From NCBI GenBank assembly GCA_043228905.1, contig JBHGNT010000002.1, forward strand, positions 806,001 to 870,000: DNA of 64,000 nucleotides, given 5' to 3'. Within the stretch, counting starts at the first letter, position 1. Each line of letters begins with the position of its first letter. This document shows, one piece after another, positions 63,131 to 64,000 of this stretch. The notes below the pieces were generated by a model. It searched no databases. It was not told the origin of the DNA and was given only the letters and a program-made list of their open reading frames with translations. This DNA comes from Azolla caroliniana. Its lineage: Eukaryota > Plantae > Polypodiophyta. Both the position numbers and the translations under genes were made by a program.

Positions 63131-64000
63131 AGTACAAAATTCTTCCTACTAATAAAGCTAACTACAAAATTGCAATATTTAGTTTGATGCTTCCGAATCT
63201 TGTTGCCATCTCTTCCTCGATATGAAGGGCTTCATCGACCGAGTTGTAAGTCAACTTAGTCCAAGCAATACCTTTGAAATGCGAATTATTTTTGAAGTTT
63301 GAGTCATGACTCGTGAGCACTAAGACGAGCTTATTTAAGATCATTTCTCACAATCAAAGCCTGAACAACGCCTCCAAACTCAAAGTGGCCGCACGATCAT
63401 GTTGCACACTAAAATTCTCCAATCAAATAACGCCACGTCCAAACTTTGATCAACTGTGCAAGATAACCCAATTGAGTCAAGGTTGGGTTGGATACCACAA
63501 TTTCCACATCCAAACAACACCTCCAAGCTCAATGCATGTTTTCAGATAGTTTATTGCTTGCCGACAACATTGAGATAAACATGATGTTGTAACATTTGGA
63601 ATAAGAAAGAAGAGATTTGATTTGAAGCAAAGGCACATACGAATATTAGTGTTGAGTTACCTACAACATTCACAAGAGAATTTTGGGGGAAGCACATTTT
63701 CATGAACATTGGGTCTACGGAAGCGGTAGTTATAAATGATTGATAATACTAGCCTCTAGAAACAAGGGTGGAAGGATTTTAGAGATGGTTGCAAATCCAT
63801 CAACGAAGCGTTTTGTCTCTCCTTGAAATGTAATTGATTGTCAAAGGTAAAGATCATGCTCAAAATTGTTCCACAAGCAATTATCCATGTGATGTCATGT
63901 ATGCATTCATAGAAAAAAGCAATCGTCGTCCAAGTAAGGAACGCACTCAATTAATACTCACATGGAACAACCACATGATTACCCAACGTAAATTTGGAGA

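Noticed and set aside
63160-64000. Possible decayed transposase on the minus strand (ATRFGS, hAT-like)
   Set aside because: Only one short motif-like match in broken frames; too weak without a translated search.

Overview
Eukaryotic plant genomic DNA. It is probably from a fern or other seed-free vascular plant; this is inferred from a Tcn1-like chromovirus, an RTEX-like LINE and dense microsatellites. Bases 1-24.3 kb are a pile of decayed LTR retrotransposons. A Ty1/Copia 3' half (1-2598) is followed by a five-deep nest: Copia B (5812-24277, minus) > Copia C > Copia D > chromodomain Gypsy F > Copia E. D also carries a solo LTR and a deleted LTR element with a 48-bp repeat array. Several target-site duplications (TSDs) and two large deletion junctions can be read directly. 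A 5'-truncated but stop-free LINE sits in a (GA)n microsatellite (25244-29008). Five host genes follow: phospholipase D alpha, a cytidine deaminase with an unusually expanded linker, CDT1, a GH43 beta-1,3-galactanase and a SPARK-domain receptor-like kinase. The most notable signals are in the Gypsy element: a Tf1-type self-priming signature (PBS complementary to its own predicted transcript 5' end) and a tRNA-like Pol III A/B-box cassette in both LTRs. All calls come from manual reading; no database searches were run.
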